From NCBI GenBank assembly GCA_963765765.1, contig CAVXYC010000025.1:32001-96000 (forward strand): DNA of 64,000 nucleotides. The letters are read 5' to 3'. The stretch is from an uncultured Chloroflexia bacterium. GTDB lineage: Bacteria > Chloroflexota > UBA6077 > JACCZL01. The translations under genes and the position numbers were made by a program. Position 1 is the first letter of the stretch; every line of letters begins with the position of its first letter. The notes under the pieces are model-generated. The model saw nothing but the letters and a program-made list of their open reading frames with translations. It did no database searches and was not told the origin of the DNA. Shown here piece by piece: positions 31,692 through 41,907 of the stretch.

Positions 31692-32752
31692 TCGCCGCGC
31701 GCGATTCGCATGAGTGCGCGGTGGTGGACCCAGCACTGGATATCGAACCCTACCTGGAAGTCATGCGCGAACGGGAGATGACGCTGCGGTACGTCATCGA
31801 CACTCACTTGCACGCGGACCACGTGTCAGGAAACCGTCGCCTCGCGGCTGAGGGCGGCGTGCCGGTCTACCTGGGGCGCGACGCCGACGTACGGTTCCCG
31901 TTTGAGCCACTCCAGGATGGGCAAGTGCTGAGCCTGGGGCAAGTTTTACTCTCCGTTCTCCAAACGCCCGGCCATCGGCCAGAGTCGATCTCGCTATTGA
32001 TCACAAATCCCCCACGGAGCCCCGAGCCGTCCATGGTCCTGACGGGTGATTGCCTGTTTGTGGGTGACGTCGGTCGGCCCGACTTTGGCGGCCCGGACGC
32101 CGCCGCGCAACAGTACGTAAGTACCCAGCGGCTTCTGGCACTTCAAGACTACGTCGAGGTGTTTCCGGCCCACTTTGAGGGTTCGTGCGGTCGCGGGATG
32201 TGTGGCCGTCCGAGCTCAACAATCGGATTCGAGCGACGATTCAACCCGATGCTGCAATTAGCCCGGCAGGAGGAGTTTGTTCGCGAGCTCACGGGATCGA
32301 GGCCGGCGAAGCCGCTGAATATGGAATCCATCATGGCGACGAACCAGGGGGAATCCAGCTTGAGCTGGGCGATGCTGCGCCACCCGCTACCGCATGTGCA
32401 GGACGTTTCCGTCGAGGATGCGCATCCCAAGGTGGAGCGCGGCGAGTGGTGGGTGCTCGACGTGCGAGAGAATGAGGAATGGCAGCGCATGCACATTCCC
32501 GTCGCTCATCACATTCCTCAATGGCAGCTCGCGTCCCGCTTGGCTGAGATTCCAAGTAACGCCACACCGCTCGTCGTCTGCCAGAGCGGAATGCGGTCGC
32601 ATCGCGCGGCGCAATTTCTGAAGCAGGCCGACTTTCCTGTCGTCTTCAGTCTGGCTGGAGGCACGGCCGGCTGGCAGCAGGCGGGATATCCGGTGGACTC
32701 AGGTGAGCCAGAATCAGCTGTTGAACTGAGCGAGGTCGTCGGGCCTCATTGA
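31640..32752 (+). CDS. MBL-fold persulfide dioxygenase-like + rhodanese fusion
   Basis: DTHLHADHVSG, TPGH, LTGDCLFVGDVGRPD, PAH..GSCG, then LDVRE..EW..HIP and VCQSGMRS. Confidence 0.92.
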   Translation: MYFKQFLNEDCGCSSYLIAARDSHECAVVDPALDIEPYLEVMREREMTLRYVIDTHLHADHVSGNRRLAAEGGVPVYLGRDADVRFPFEPLQDGQVLSLGQVLLSVLQTPGHRPESISLLITNPPRSPEPSMVLTGDCLFVGDVGRPDFGGPDAAAQQYVSTQRLLALQDYVEVFPAHFEGSCGRGMCGRPSSTIGFERRFNPMLQLARQEEFVRELTGSRPAKPLNMESIMATNQGESSLSWAMLRHPLPHVQDVSVEDAHPKVERGEWWVLDVRENEEWQRMHIPVAHHIPQWQLASRLAEIPSNATPLVVCQSGMRSHRAAQFLKQADFPVVFSLAGGTAGWQQAGYPVDSGEPESAVELSEVVGPH

Positions 32753-32948
32753 GCACCAGCCCGCGGCGTAGTCGGGTCGCTACATGGCGAAGGACAGAGT
32801 GCCCAATCACATTTCGTGTGACTGGGCACTTTGGAATGAACCTCGTGGCGTTACGCCGCGATTGGCACCTGGCCTGCCGCGACTTCGCCTTGAGCGCGAG
32901 TGTCGACTCGTCGCGCGCTGGCGATCGTCGGATCGCCGGCCTCGGCGG

Positions 32949-33032
32949 AGCGGTTTCGACACCATCAGCTTCATGTTCAGCGCCGACAATCCATACACGG
33001 GTGTCGATGTCGACGATTGCCGGGCCGCTTAA
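32949..33032 (+). pseudogene. Relic of a phage primase-polymerase motif
   Basis: FDTISFMFSADNPYTGVDVDDCR resembles the G.GFVF...DP..GIDLD.C motif; stop follows immediately. Confidence 0.4.
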
Positions 33033-33160
33033 CTAACCGCTGGCATCCTATCCCGAGGTTCGCCGATCCGGTGCATCCGTGCTCGGTGGGCAGATGAATC
33101 GAGGGCATGCCACAGCCGGGCAAGCCGAGGTCACTGGATCAGTGATCGCGGAGCAGCTGA

Positions 33161-35302
33161 CTACTTTGCCGTTGCCTGGTAGACCCCGTCCCAATCGGTT
33201 GCTGGCGGGTCGCGCTGCAGCTCTAAAGCGCGGCAACGCAGCTCGTCGGCCGCGCTATCGGTTGGGCGCTTCACCAATGCTTCGCCGAAGAGCTCCGCCG
33301 CTTGCGAGAACTCGCGCGACACATAGGCTGAAAAGCCCGCTTCGTATCGATCACGCGCGGCAAGCAAGTCGGGATCCACGCTTCCTTGCTCTCCCAGGAG
33401 CTCGTATACCCCGGTCCAGCTGGTGCGACCGACCACCGCGACACGGTCGAGCGACCGCCATTCGAACGCGTCTTCAGTCGCCTGGACGACCTGGTCGCTC
33501 GCCAGGATACACGTCCTATACACCTTGTTGAGTCCCTCCAATCGGCTGGCCAGATTCACGACATCGCCGATGGCCGTGTAGTCAAATCGCTCCGGAGTAC
33601 CGATGTTCCCGATGATTGCCTGCCCCGTATGGAGGCCAATACGCGTCCGCAAGACCGGTTGGCCTGATTCCGCCCAGGCCGTATTGAGCCGCTGGACTCT
33701 CGTGTGCGCCGCCAAGGCGGCCCTGCACGCCGCGGCGGCGTGGTCCTGGAGCGGCACCGGTGCATTGAACATGGCAAGAATGCCGTCACCGATGAATTTG
33801 TCGACCGATCCGTGGTGTTCGTGCAGCGTGGCTGTCATGGTCTGAAGGTAGGTCCCGAGATGCTCCACCAGCACGTCGGGTGCGACGGATTCGCTGATGC
33901 GAGTGAACCCCTCGATGTCCGAGAAGAAGATCGTCACCGGTCGGAACTCGCCTCCAAGACGAGCTTCCTCGCCGCTGACCACGAGCTCGCGGACCAGCTC
34001 GAGGGGCACGTATCGGCTGAACGACCGTAAGCTCGCCTTCATCCGGCCGGTCGCGACGCTCACGGTGTCAATCTCGCGGATAAAGCACCGCGGCGGCTGG
34101 CCGTCGCTCATGTCGAATCGGGCGATTCTCGCGAGGTTCGATGCAACCGCGCTCAAGGAGCCCGTAATCTGGCGGGAGATAGACCACCCCACCAGCAAGG
34201 CCAGGGTCAGAATGCCGAGCCCGACCATCGTTGCTCGGTGCAATCCGTCCGTGACTGCTCCGAGAAGCTGATCCTCTGGAATGAGGCCCAGAAGAACATA
34301 CTCGAACTCATCGGTCACGCGATGAGCGCTGACGCTTCCCAGCCATTCAGCCCCACCCACTTCAAATCGAAGGTCCGAAATCTCGTCCACGGGCTGGGCG
34401 CCCGCACGGGGGATGAGGCCGTCCAGAGCGGGCTTGACCGCTGATTGGCCAACAATGTCGTCGGGCGACACCGAGCTGGCCAACGTGCTGCCCGCGCGAG
34501 TAAGCACGATATAGGTGGCGCCACTGACATGAGAGCGGCCTTGGCCGAAGGCGGCGAGCGTATTCGAGAGCTCAGTCAGGCGGAAATCCATGCCGAACAC
34601 GCCTCGAACGGCGCCGTCTGGCTGATCGCGCAGCGCCAGCGCAGCGGTGATGCCGCGCACACCGTCGGGAAATGCGTATGGCTCGGTCCAGATCGTTCGG
34701 TTGGATACAGACGCCAACTGATACCAATCCCGCTGCCGTGGGTCGTACCCCACAACCGCGTCGCGGAACAGTGGCTCCCGAGCTCCGTCAGTGCCGATGC
34801 GCCATTCGTCACGCCGACCACCGTTGAGTCCCAGCTCCGACATGCCGAGTACGGTCGAAGCATCGGCGCGCGAGCGGGAGGCGATGACAAATCGACCGCT
34901 GTGCGCGTCGCCGTAGTAGATTCGATCAATCTGGTCGAAGACCGTGACACGCTGGGTGGCGAGGTCCGCGAGTGCCTCCTGATCGTCCACGTCGAGCTGA
35001 CCAAACAGCGCTCGATTCCGCGCATCGGTAAGTACGGGCGCAGCGGTTTGAAAAATCGCCGACATGCGCGTAGCGGTCGCCAATGCCGTGACCCGAAAGA
35101 TCTGATCCCCGAGGTCTTTCACCGCACGGCTCGTGGCCTCACGTTGGACTTCGAGGACAGAGCCAACCGTGATCACGAGTAACGCCAGCATCATGGTCAG
35201 GACCATGGTCGTCAACGAGGGCTGAGGACGGAAGTGGAACCGTCTCGCTGGTCCGCGCGTCAGCTCCGACCGTTCAGAAATCTGCACTGGACCCGAACTC
35301 AT
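33161..35302 (-). CDS. Membrane adenylate/guanylate cyclase with Cache sensor domain
   Basis: Two TM helices, YDPRQRDWY..WTEPY, FFSDIEGFT, DKFIGDG, YTAIGDVVNLASRLE. Confidence 0.93.
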   Translation of the reverse strand: MSSGPVQISERSELTRGPARRFHFRPQPSLTTMVLTMMLALLVITVGSVLEVQREATSRAVKDLGDQIFRVTALATATRMSAIFQTAAPVLTDARNRALFGQLDVDDQEALADLATQRVTVFDQIDRIYYGDAHSGRFVIASRSRADASTVLGMSELGLNGGRRDEWRIGTDGAREPLFRDAVVGYDPRQRDWYQLASVSNRTIWTEPYAFPDGVRGITAALALRDQPDGAVRGVFGMDFRLTELSNTLAAFGQGRSHVSGATYIVLTRAGSTLASSVSPDDIVGQSAVKPALDGLIPRAGAQPVDEISDLRFEVGGAEWLGSVSAHRVTDEFEYVLLGLIPEDQLLGAVTDGLHRATMVGLGILTLALLVGWSISRQITGSLSAVASNLARIARFDMSDGQPPRCFIREIDTVSVATGRMKASLRSFSRYVPLELVRELVVSGEEARLGGEFRPVTIFFSDIEGFTRISESVAPDVLVEHLGTYLQTMTATLHEHHGSVDKFIGDGILAMFNAPVPLQDHAAAACRAALAAHTRVQRLNTAWAESGQPVLRTRIGLHTGQAIIGNIGTPERFDYTAIGDVVNLASRLEGLNKVYRTCILASDQVVQATEDAFEWRSLDRVAVVGRTSWTGVYELLGEQGSVDPDLLAARDRYEAGFSAYVSREFSQAAELFGEALVKRPTDSAADELRCRALELQRDPPATDWDGVYQATAK

Positions 35303-35491
35303 CGTGCAGAAGCGAATCCCTCACCCACCTCTGGGCCATTGAGTGACACATCCTCGGAGCGCGTGCGTCGCACCGCAGTTCCCACTAGGACCCGGGCCGA
35401 TTCGCCCGCGAGCACGGCAAGTGGTCCCACACAGAACAGGGCGAAAGACTCGCCGGGCCCTCGAGGACCCCGGGGTCACGCGCACCGTTCG

Positions 35492-35777
35492 CTACGGCTC
35501 CGGCGTCGACGGGGGCGCCTTCGGCTCCGGCGCCGACGGGGGCGCCTTCTTAACGCGTCCGAGCGTATCCTTAAGTGTCTGAGAGAGGGGAGCGGCATCG
35601 ACGGCTCGTGCCACCCGCTCGATCTGGACGGCGGAGGGCCGCTTTCGCCGATGTGGCGGCGTGCCGTAACGACTCCGGAGCGGTGGTCAGTCGCCGCCGA
35701 GCATCTTCGCGGACTCGCGGCGATAGGGCAAGCCGTACCAACAGAATGCCGAAAACCACTCCGACTAACACCCGCAT
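35492..35777 (-). CDS. Small membrane-anchored protein with Pro-rich tail (frameshift near 35638)
   Basis: AAGGAG RBS; MRVLVGVVFGILLVRLALSP...; the shifted frame reads QIERVARAVDAAPLSQTLKD...KAPPSAPEPKAPPSTPEP. Confidence 0.6.
35495..35548. repeat. Two 27-bp tandem copies
   Basis: CGGCTCCGGCG(T/C)CGACGGGGGCGCCTT x2. Confidence 0.9.
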
Positions 35778-36047
35778 AATGCTCTCCTTCGGTTGCGTTG
35801 AACGGTTGATGCACCGTCCGAGGCCGATTCAGGAGCGAAGTCCAAGAAGCCTGCCATCCCGACTGCTGGCAGCCCGTGCCGCGAGGGCAACAGCGGACCC
35901 CATTCCAGTTACGGCTGAACGCATGTCGCGATCTTGGTCGCTCAGGAGCGGTGCAGAATCAGTTTCTCAATTCAATCCGCTGTGACGGGATGTCAATCAA
36001 CACCGAATGTCGGTGCCGTCCGTCCACCGGTCTGGTGGCACCGCCAC
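35710..36047 (-). repeat. Copy 1 of a ~340-bp diverged direct repeat (upstream region + RBS + first ~22 codons)
   Basis: Aligns by eye with 40887-41222, e.g. CAGAATCAGTTTCTCAATTCAATCCGCTGTGACGGGA and CCAAGAAGCCTGCCATCCCGACTGCTGGC are identical. Confidence 0.92.
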
Positions 36048-36437
36048 CGAGTAATGGCGTTTAGCGGCAAAGACTTGAAGACCGCGATGGTGCAGGGCAT
36101 GTCCGCGGGCTGGGGAAAAGAGCAGCGGCAGGCTCCTGACGGCTAGGGATGCTTCTAGATCTGCACGGAGCACCGCCGCCCTAAAGCGAGGCTGATCGGC
36201 ACAATCAGCTCGGGGCCCTCATTCGCCGATCGTTGGCCCGAACTCGTTGGCGAGGGCGATGGTGGCGGAGACGCAGCGCGTGTGACCATAGCCCTCACAA
36301 GCACATCACAGCGCGCCTGGCACGTTGAGATGCATGCCCGTGGACATAGCGTCCGCCTAGATGCATCCTCCATCAGATTGTGGTATATGCGTTCCTGCAT
36401 AATGTGAAGGCGTTGACCCCGGGAAGGGGGTAAGTCC

Positions 36438-36626
36438 GTGGACACTCCACAGTGCGCTGATACAGAGCTTGTAGAACGTCTGACTGCCCGTGAGATCGAG
36501 GTGCTCTGTCTCGTAGCGGAAGGGTGCGATAACGAGACCATCGCGACCCGCCTGGTGCTCGATCGGGCTACGACTAGATCGGGCGACGATTCGAACACAC
36601 GTGGCCCTGGTGCTCACCAAACTTGA
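36438..36626 (+). pseudogene. Truncated LuxR-type HTH
   Basis: LTAREIEVLCLVAEGCDNETIATRL, then similarity is lost. Confidence 0.6.
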
Positions 36627-37015
36627 CGCGCATTCGCGGCTAACACGCTCGGTCTAGTACCAGTGAGTAGCCATTTAGACGGCTGTACCCTCCGCCGTGT
36701 GGGAACGCGCGGGGGAGCCACTGCTTACCCCGGTCCTTCACACTGGCTGGAGTTGAAAGAGTCACGCCCGGTCGCGCGCCTTCGAGGTGCTATCGCTCAG
36801 ATCGCTCCCACAATCGGCACGCGCTCATGCCGCGGGGTCAGCCGCTTCGCCAGCGCGCCGTGGTAGCCCTGCAACGAAGGCGGTGCACTCACGAGCATGC
36901 ATATATCTACACGGGAACCTATGTATAATGGCACGCCAACTGCATTGAATCCACGCTCGCCATTCGAACAGCGCCGGCGCGGCCGCGCTGAGGTGACTCT
37001 TGGGCAGGCTATATC

Positions 37016-37261
37016 ATGAACAACCAGGGCAGATACGAACAGACCGAGCAATTCCGGGTGGCGCTTGGCGCCGTTGAGCGTCGTCCGTCGGACGAGGCCA
37101 TCGCAGAACTGCGATTGGCCGCGGCTCCCATCTTGGACAGACTCCGAGCGGAGTATCGAGCTGCCGGACATACGGACGACGATGGCGCCGCGATGTTCCG
37201 CTGGCTTCGTGCCAAGCTGGCGGAACGCGACTCGATCGCCACGAGATCGTACGGCACTTAG
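37016..37261 (+). CDS. Small helical hypothetical protein
   Basis: 81-aa ORF with protein-like composition; a TATAAT lies about 90 bp upstream. Confidence 0.45.
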   Translation: MNNQGRYEQTEQFRVALGAVERRPSDEAIAELRLAAAPILDRLRAEYRAAGHTDDDGAAMFRWLRAKLAERDSIATRSYGT

Positions 37262-37626
37262 CCTCACCGTTCAGCTCGCTGAATGTTTGGGCGACCGTCA
37301 GCTGTCAACGGTCACTGACGGTCGCCCTGACAGTTGGCGCTCTAGGTCCTCCACCCGTTCGCTAGGCGGCCCTTCTCCTCGGCGAGGCTGGCGATCTGCT
37401 CACGCATGGCGGCCATCTCTGCGCTCCGGACGTAACGGACCTCAACGTGCCGTTCGGCAGTGTCATCGTCGTGGCCATGCTATTCGAGACGGATCGAGCT
37501 CCGTTTGTCGTCAAGAATCCGGCTTACGGCACGGTGGGCGGCGATCCTGTGTCGCTCGAAGTCCCGTGGCGCGAGGGCGCAACGACGCGATCAGCTCGAC
37601 GGCGTGACCTGCTTCGCCTTCCGCCG

Positions 37627-38088
37627 CTAGGGCTGGGGCTCTAGCAGCGTCATGCCGTGCTTCCGCCAGAGCGCGTTTTGCTCTTCGGGCGGGATCGATC
37701 CGTCCCCGCGGGCGGCATACCGAGCGAGCAGCTCCTCGAAGAACCGCTCCATGCCCGCGGGAGTGAACAGCTCCAGGTACCGGGCCGGGGAGGCACTCGT
37801 CGCGGTGTAGTGGTGCACAGTATTGCGGGGCACCAGCACGAACGCACCGGCCCCAACGACGGCCGTCCACGCGCCGCTGAAGAACGTGAGTTCGCCCTCC
37901 AGGATGTACCACGCCTCTTCGGCGTTATGGTGGATGTGGGGCGGCGACCCTCGCCCCGTCGGCAAACGGTACTCCAGCAGGGTCAGCCCGCCCTGGCCGT
38001 GCTCCAAGCCCGTCTTCACGACCGTCGTCTCGGAGAGTCGTCGGCCCTGGTCCGGATGCACCACGACGATCCCATTCTCCGCCTGCAT
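37627..38088 (-). CDS. Cupin domain protein
   Basis: PPHIHHNAEEAWYILEGEL...VPRNTVH; GGAGG RBS. Confidence 0.9.
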   Translation of the reverse strand: MQAENGIVVVHPDQGRRLSETTVVKTGLEHGQGGLTLLEYRLPTGRGSPPHIHHNAEEAWYILEGELTFFSGAWTAVVGAGAFVLVPRNTVHHYTATSASPARYLELFTPAGMERFFEELLARYAARGDGSIPPEEQNALWRKHGMTLLEPQP

Positions 38089-38859
38089 GGGTGACCTCCT
38101 AGTCGGTTCGGTGGCAGCGTGGTCGCCTCGCGTCGCCCCGCCGTCGTCGGCACCCAGCCGGGATTCGCCTCGTGGCGGGCGTCTCTGGCGCGCGATGCTT
38201 GATGCAGGGCTGCCGAAATGGTCAGCGTGATGCCACGGACATTATGACCCTCAGCGTCCCGGCAGAAGAAGCCCCATGTGGGTGTGGCACCCGGAGACGC
38301 CGCCGCGGCGACCCGGATGCAGGGATGACCGATGATGAAGCTACAACACCCTGTAACAGGAGCCAGCTGGCAGGCGGGCCACGGTCCAATCCGCGAGAAA
38401 GTGTCGCCGTGCTGCTGGTCCACATCGCACTGCTGAGTGATGGCGTCGCCTGCACGAGCTTGTGTGAGACGCACCGCCTCCAGTAACACTCACAGCGCTC
38501 GAGAAAGCACTCCATCGGCTCGTTGAAGTTCTGGACGTAGGTGGTCGGACATGCGGAGTCGGTCGGCGTTCGCCACCAGGTCGATGCTCGACCGGAGCCG
38601 GCCTGCTCACGTAACGGAGGCAGTGGAGGAATGCGGGCAATGATCTCATTGGCGATAGCGTCATAGTCCATACCAGGAGATCGACTGACGCCAGCATCCC
38701 CGCCGCGGAACGCCTCCAGGTCTTAGGACACCATCCCGTCCCGCCTCACGCGAGGTGTATGCTGCGGCACACTGCGGGCCGCAAACTCGGTCCACCAAGG
38801 GGAGGCGGGGTTGTGGTGATACAAGGACAGATAGCCGCGCTGGTCGCGGGAGCTCTGGC

Positions 38860-38974
38860 CCTAGGGTACGTCGTCGATACCAGTTTCTTTCCGAGTATCG
38901 GTGCCGTGAATCCGGCGCGCTCGGCGATGGCGAACGCGATCCGAGTCGGCGAGCACCTGGAGCAGCGGCTTTAG
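38860..38974 (+). pseudogene. C-terminal relic of a GMC oxidoreductase
   Basis: YVVDTSFFPSIGAVNPARSAMANAIRVGEHL. Confidence 0.7.
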
Positions 38975-39512
38975 TAAGCAGGCGCGGCGAGCTTGTGAAC
39001 CCATGGGCAATCAACGCGAGATTGCTACCGTCTACGTAGCCAGCACGATGCAGGGGTGGCGCTCGTCACCTTTCCGGCGGTGAGCGCAATCCTGGTTGCG
39101 AACCTGGTATCGATGGTCGTGTTGATAGTGAGCCAGTTGTTGATCGCCAATCAGCCGCTGGCGTACGTCATGTTGGCGTGGCGATGTCGGATGATGTCGG
39201 CCACCAGACTCGCCCAGCCCGACTGACATATCGCCGAGGCCGCGCGGTTGTCGTCATGTAGTCTGCGGTTGTCGTCATCATGTAGTCATTGAGGAGCAGC
39301 GTCGAATACCTACCACTCTTAGGCGCCCGCGCCGTGGTTAGCCCAAGCTCCGGCGAGGCCGAAGATCCTCCTTCAAATCGGGTCGTGACCGTTTCAGAGT
39401 GTCAGTTGGGGCACTGCCGCTGCCAGACGTCTCAGAAGCTCGCTAGACCGTCCGTGCCTCAGCGGCACGCCCCGCCGCCGCGTGATTTAGTCTCTCGAGC
39501 TTGCCGAAGTTG

Positions 39513-40883
39513 TCAACGCGCTGACGCTCGGTGCTCATCTGTTGTGTTTGCATCGCGTGTCGGCCTATCCATGTCCGAACGCGACACCGCCGGTGTATCG
39601 ATGTAGCGCGACCCCGTCCTGCCCAGGAGCAAGCCAAACAACCACTGCACGCACAGCAGTAGCTGACTCTCGGCACGACCGAGGTAGAGCACGTGGATGA
39701 AGGCCCACCCAGCTTTGCCAATCAGTCCACCAGCCTTGAATCGACCTTTCTCCATGATCGCGTAGTTCGACGAAATCGTGGCCATGTTGCCTTTGTCGAA
39801 ATAGTCGAATGGGGCAGGCGGCGGTTGACGCATGACGCGTGCACGGATCGAGTGCGCGGCATGTTTGCCGCTTTGCAGCGCCACCTGCGCCACGCCCGGC
39901 AAGACCGTGCCATCGTTCTCGATATGCGCGGTGTCACCGACGACAAAGATCTCGGGATAGCCGGCGACAGAAAGGTGTGGCCCAACGACAACCCGTCCCG
40001 CGCGATCGGTTTCCACGCCGAGCCAGCGGCCCGCCGGTGACGCGGCAACGCCCGCGGTCCACAGGACCGTGCGGGTGCGTACGCGTTGGCCGGCGATGAC
40101 GACACCCTCCTCGTCCACCAGCTCGACAGCCTGGCCGACCCGAACGTCGACGCCCAGGTCGCGGAGTTTGTTGACGGCCCCGTCGGCGAGATCCTCCGAA
40201 AACGTGGCCAACGCGCGCGGTCCGGCCTCGACCAGGATGATGCGCGCATGGCGCGGATCTATGTGCCGATACTCTCGGGAAAGCACCCGACGAAAGTGCA
40301 TTGCGAGCGCACCTGCGAGCTCACAACCGGTCGGCCCTGCGCCCACTAGCACAAATGTGAGCAGCTCCTCGCGGATCTCCGGATCATCTTCCTGGTCGGC
40401 CTGCTCGAAGGCGCCGATGATCCGCCGCCGAATCATTTCGGCGTCTGCCAACGTCTTCATGCTCGGCGCCAATGGTGCCCAGTCGTCGTGCCCGAAGTAG
40501 CTGCCACGCACGCCCATGGCGAGGATCAGGTAGTCATACAAAATCGGCTCCACACCGCCCGACAACTGCACGAGCTTGCGGTCCTTCTCGACGCCCGTGA
40601 CCTCGGCCATCCGCACGTCGACATTCTTCTGACGACGGAACAACGAGCGGATAGGAGTGGCGATCGTACCTGGCTCGAGGATGCCGGCTGCCACCTGATA
40701 CAGCAGTGGCTGGAAGAGATGGTAATTCGTCCGATCGATGAGTGTGACACGAACCGGTGCGCTCCGTAGCGCTTTGGCGGCTGCAACTCCACCAAAGCCG
40801 CCACCCACGATGACGACATGCGGTGGTATGAGTGAGTCTGCGCGCGATCCATTCTGACTGATCTGGACTTCCAGCGGATTCAC
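39513..40883 (-). CDS. ndh: Type II NADH dehydrogenase
   Basis: VVIVGGGFGG, HLFQPLLYQVA, VGAGPTGCELAG, VVGD, PGVAQVA, DKGNMAT. Alternative start at ATG 40955. Confidence 0.9.
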   Translation of the reverse strand: MNPLEVQISQNGSRADSLIPPHVVIVGGGFGGVAAAKALRSAPVRVTLIDRTNYHLFQPLLYQVAAGILEPGTIATPIRSLFRRQKNVDVRMAEVTGVEKDRKLVQLSGGVEPILYDYLILAMGVRGSYFGHDDWAPLAPSMKTLADAEMIRRRIIGAFEQADQEDDPEIREELLTFVLVGAGPTGCELAGALAMHFRRVLSREYRHIDPRHARIILVEAGPRALATFSEDLADGAVNKLRDLGVDVRVGQAVELVDEEGVVIAGQRVRTRTVLWTAGVAASPAGRWLGVETDRAGRVVVGPHLSVAGYPEIFVVGDTAHIENDGTVLPGVAQVALQSGKHAAHSIRARVMRQPPPAPFDYFDKGNMATISSNYAIMEKGRFKAGGLIGKAGWAFIHVLYLGRAESQLLLCVQWLFGLLLGRTGSRYIDTPAVSRSDMDRPTRDANTTDEHRASAR

Positions 40884-40886
40884 GTC

Positions 40887-41222
40887 CGGACTTGCGGCGA
40901 TAGGGCAAGCCGTACCAACACCATGCCGATAACCACTCCGAGTAACGCCGCGCATACTGCTCACCTCCGATTGCGTTGAACGGTTGATGCACCGTACGAG
41001 GCTCACTCAGAGCGAACTCCAAGAAGCCTGCCATCCCGACTGCTGGCGGCCCGTGCTGCGAGAGCAAAGGCGGGCCTCATTCCAGTCACGGCAACAAATG
41101 TCGCGATCTCGGTCGCTCAGGAGTGGCACAGAATCAGTTTCTCAATTCAATCCGCTGTGACGGGAGGTCAATCAACACCGAATGACGGTACCGTCCGTCC
41201 ACCCGTCTGGTGGCACCGCCAC
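40887..41222 (-). repeat. Copy 2 of the ~340-bp direct repeat, upstream of ndh
   Basis: Aligns with copy 1 at 35710-36047. Confidence 0.92.
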
Positions 41223-41424
41223 TGGCCCGGCGCGCCATAGCGTTCACAACGGGGGCGAGAATGGCCCTGTTCGGGCGGGGTGATATCAGAACCCTGTGGG
41301 GAAGGCAGGCAGCGTGGGCTTGCGCTGGGATGCAGGGCGATCCCGGAAAGGAACCGTGGATGCACAATGAGCGTCTGGCTTAAGCGTGGTACACCTGGCC
41401 TTCCGGGGCCAGGATGACCGCCTC

Positions 41425-41476
41425 CAGCAAAAGAGCGCCACGTTTGCTAGTCACGAGCGTAGGCGCTCTTTTGCTG
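41425..41476. terminator. Long hairpin, bidirectional-terminator-like
   Basis: CAGCAAAAGAGCGCC ... GGCGCTCTTTTGCTG forms a perfect 15-bp stem, extendable by wobble pairs. Confidence 0.6.
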
Positions 41477-41706
41477 CCCATACCCTGTACAAATACCTTG
41501 CGGGGCCAATCCACGCGCCATAACCGCAACCTGAGCCCGAAATAGATTCCGTGCTCGTATTTCACGTTCACATACGGGGCGGGCGGGCGACCATCTATAT
41601 GCAATTCTGGCAATCTTAATTTCGTGCGAAATACACTAGTGCCGGCTCGCTTTGTAGCCCGTGGAATTGACCCCGTCGTGGCGTTGGTAGTCATCCAGGG
41701 AGAAGC

Positions 41707-41907
41707 ATGAAATCAAGCGACCAGGAGCGTATTGAGAGCCTATTACGTGCGATAGTAAGCGAAGCCCTGAAGATCGCTGAGACCGCCCAATCCGCGTTGG
41801 ACGAGGCACAAGCAGGCCGTTTGGAAGAAGCCGGCGACGAGCTCAGTCTCGCGCACATTCTTGGGCGTCTCGAAGGGATCAGCATTGGCTCGGGTTCAGA
41901 GCATTAA
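41707..41907 (+). CDS. Small acidic helical hypothetical protein
   Basis: GGAG RBS; 66-aa amphipathic sequence. Confidence 0.5.
   Translation: MKSSDQERIESLLRAIVSEALKIAETAQSALDEAQAGRLEEAGDELSLAHILGRLEGISIGSGSEH

Noticed and set aside
35780-36047. Known riboswitch in the duplicated leader
   Set aside because: No recognisable consensus (cobalamin, c-di-GMP, c-di-AMP, TPP, SAM) by eye, and one stem change between the copies is non-compensatory.
38222-38760. Minus-strand ORF MDYDAIANEIIARI...
   Set aside because: Protein-like only in patches and no family recognised; possibly a relic, but unsupported.
39242-39290. Short tandem duplication GCGGTTGTCGTCAT(CAT)GTAGTC
   Set aside because: Only two copies in intergenic DNA; likely slippage.
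41380-41694. 104-aa minus-strand ORF
   Set aside because: It starts 12 bp from a divergent ORF with a better RBS, spans a long hairpin and has no recognisable motifs.
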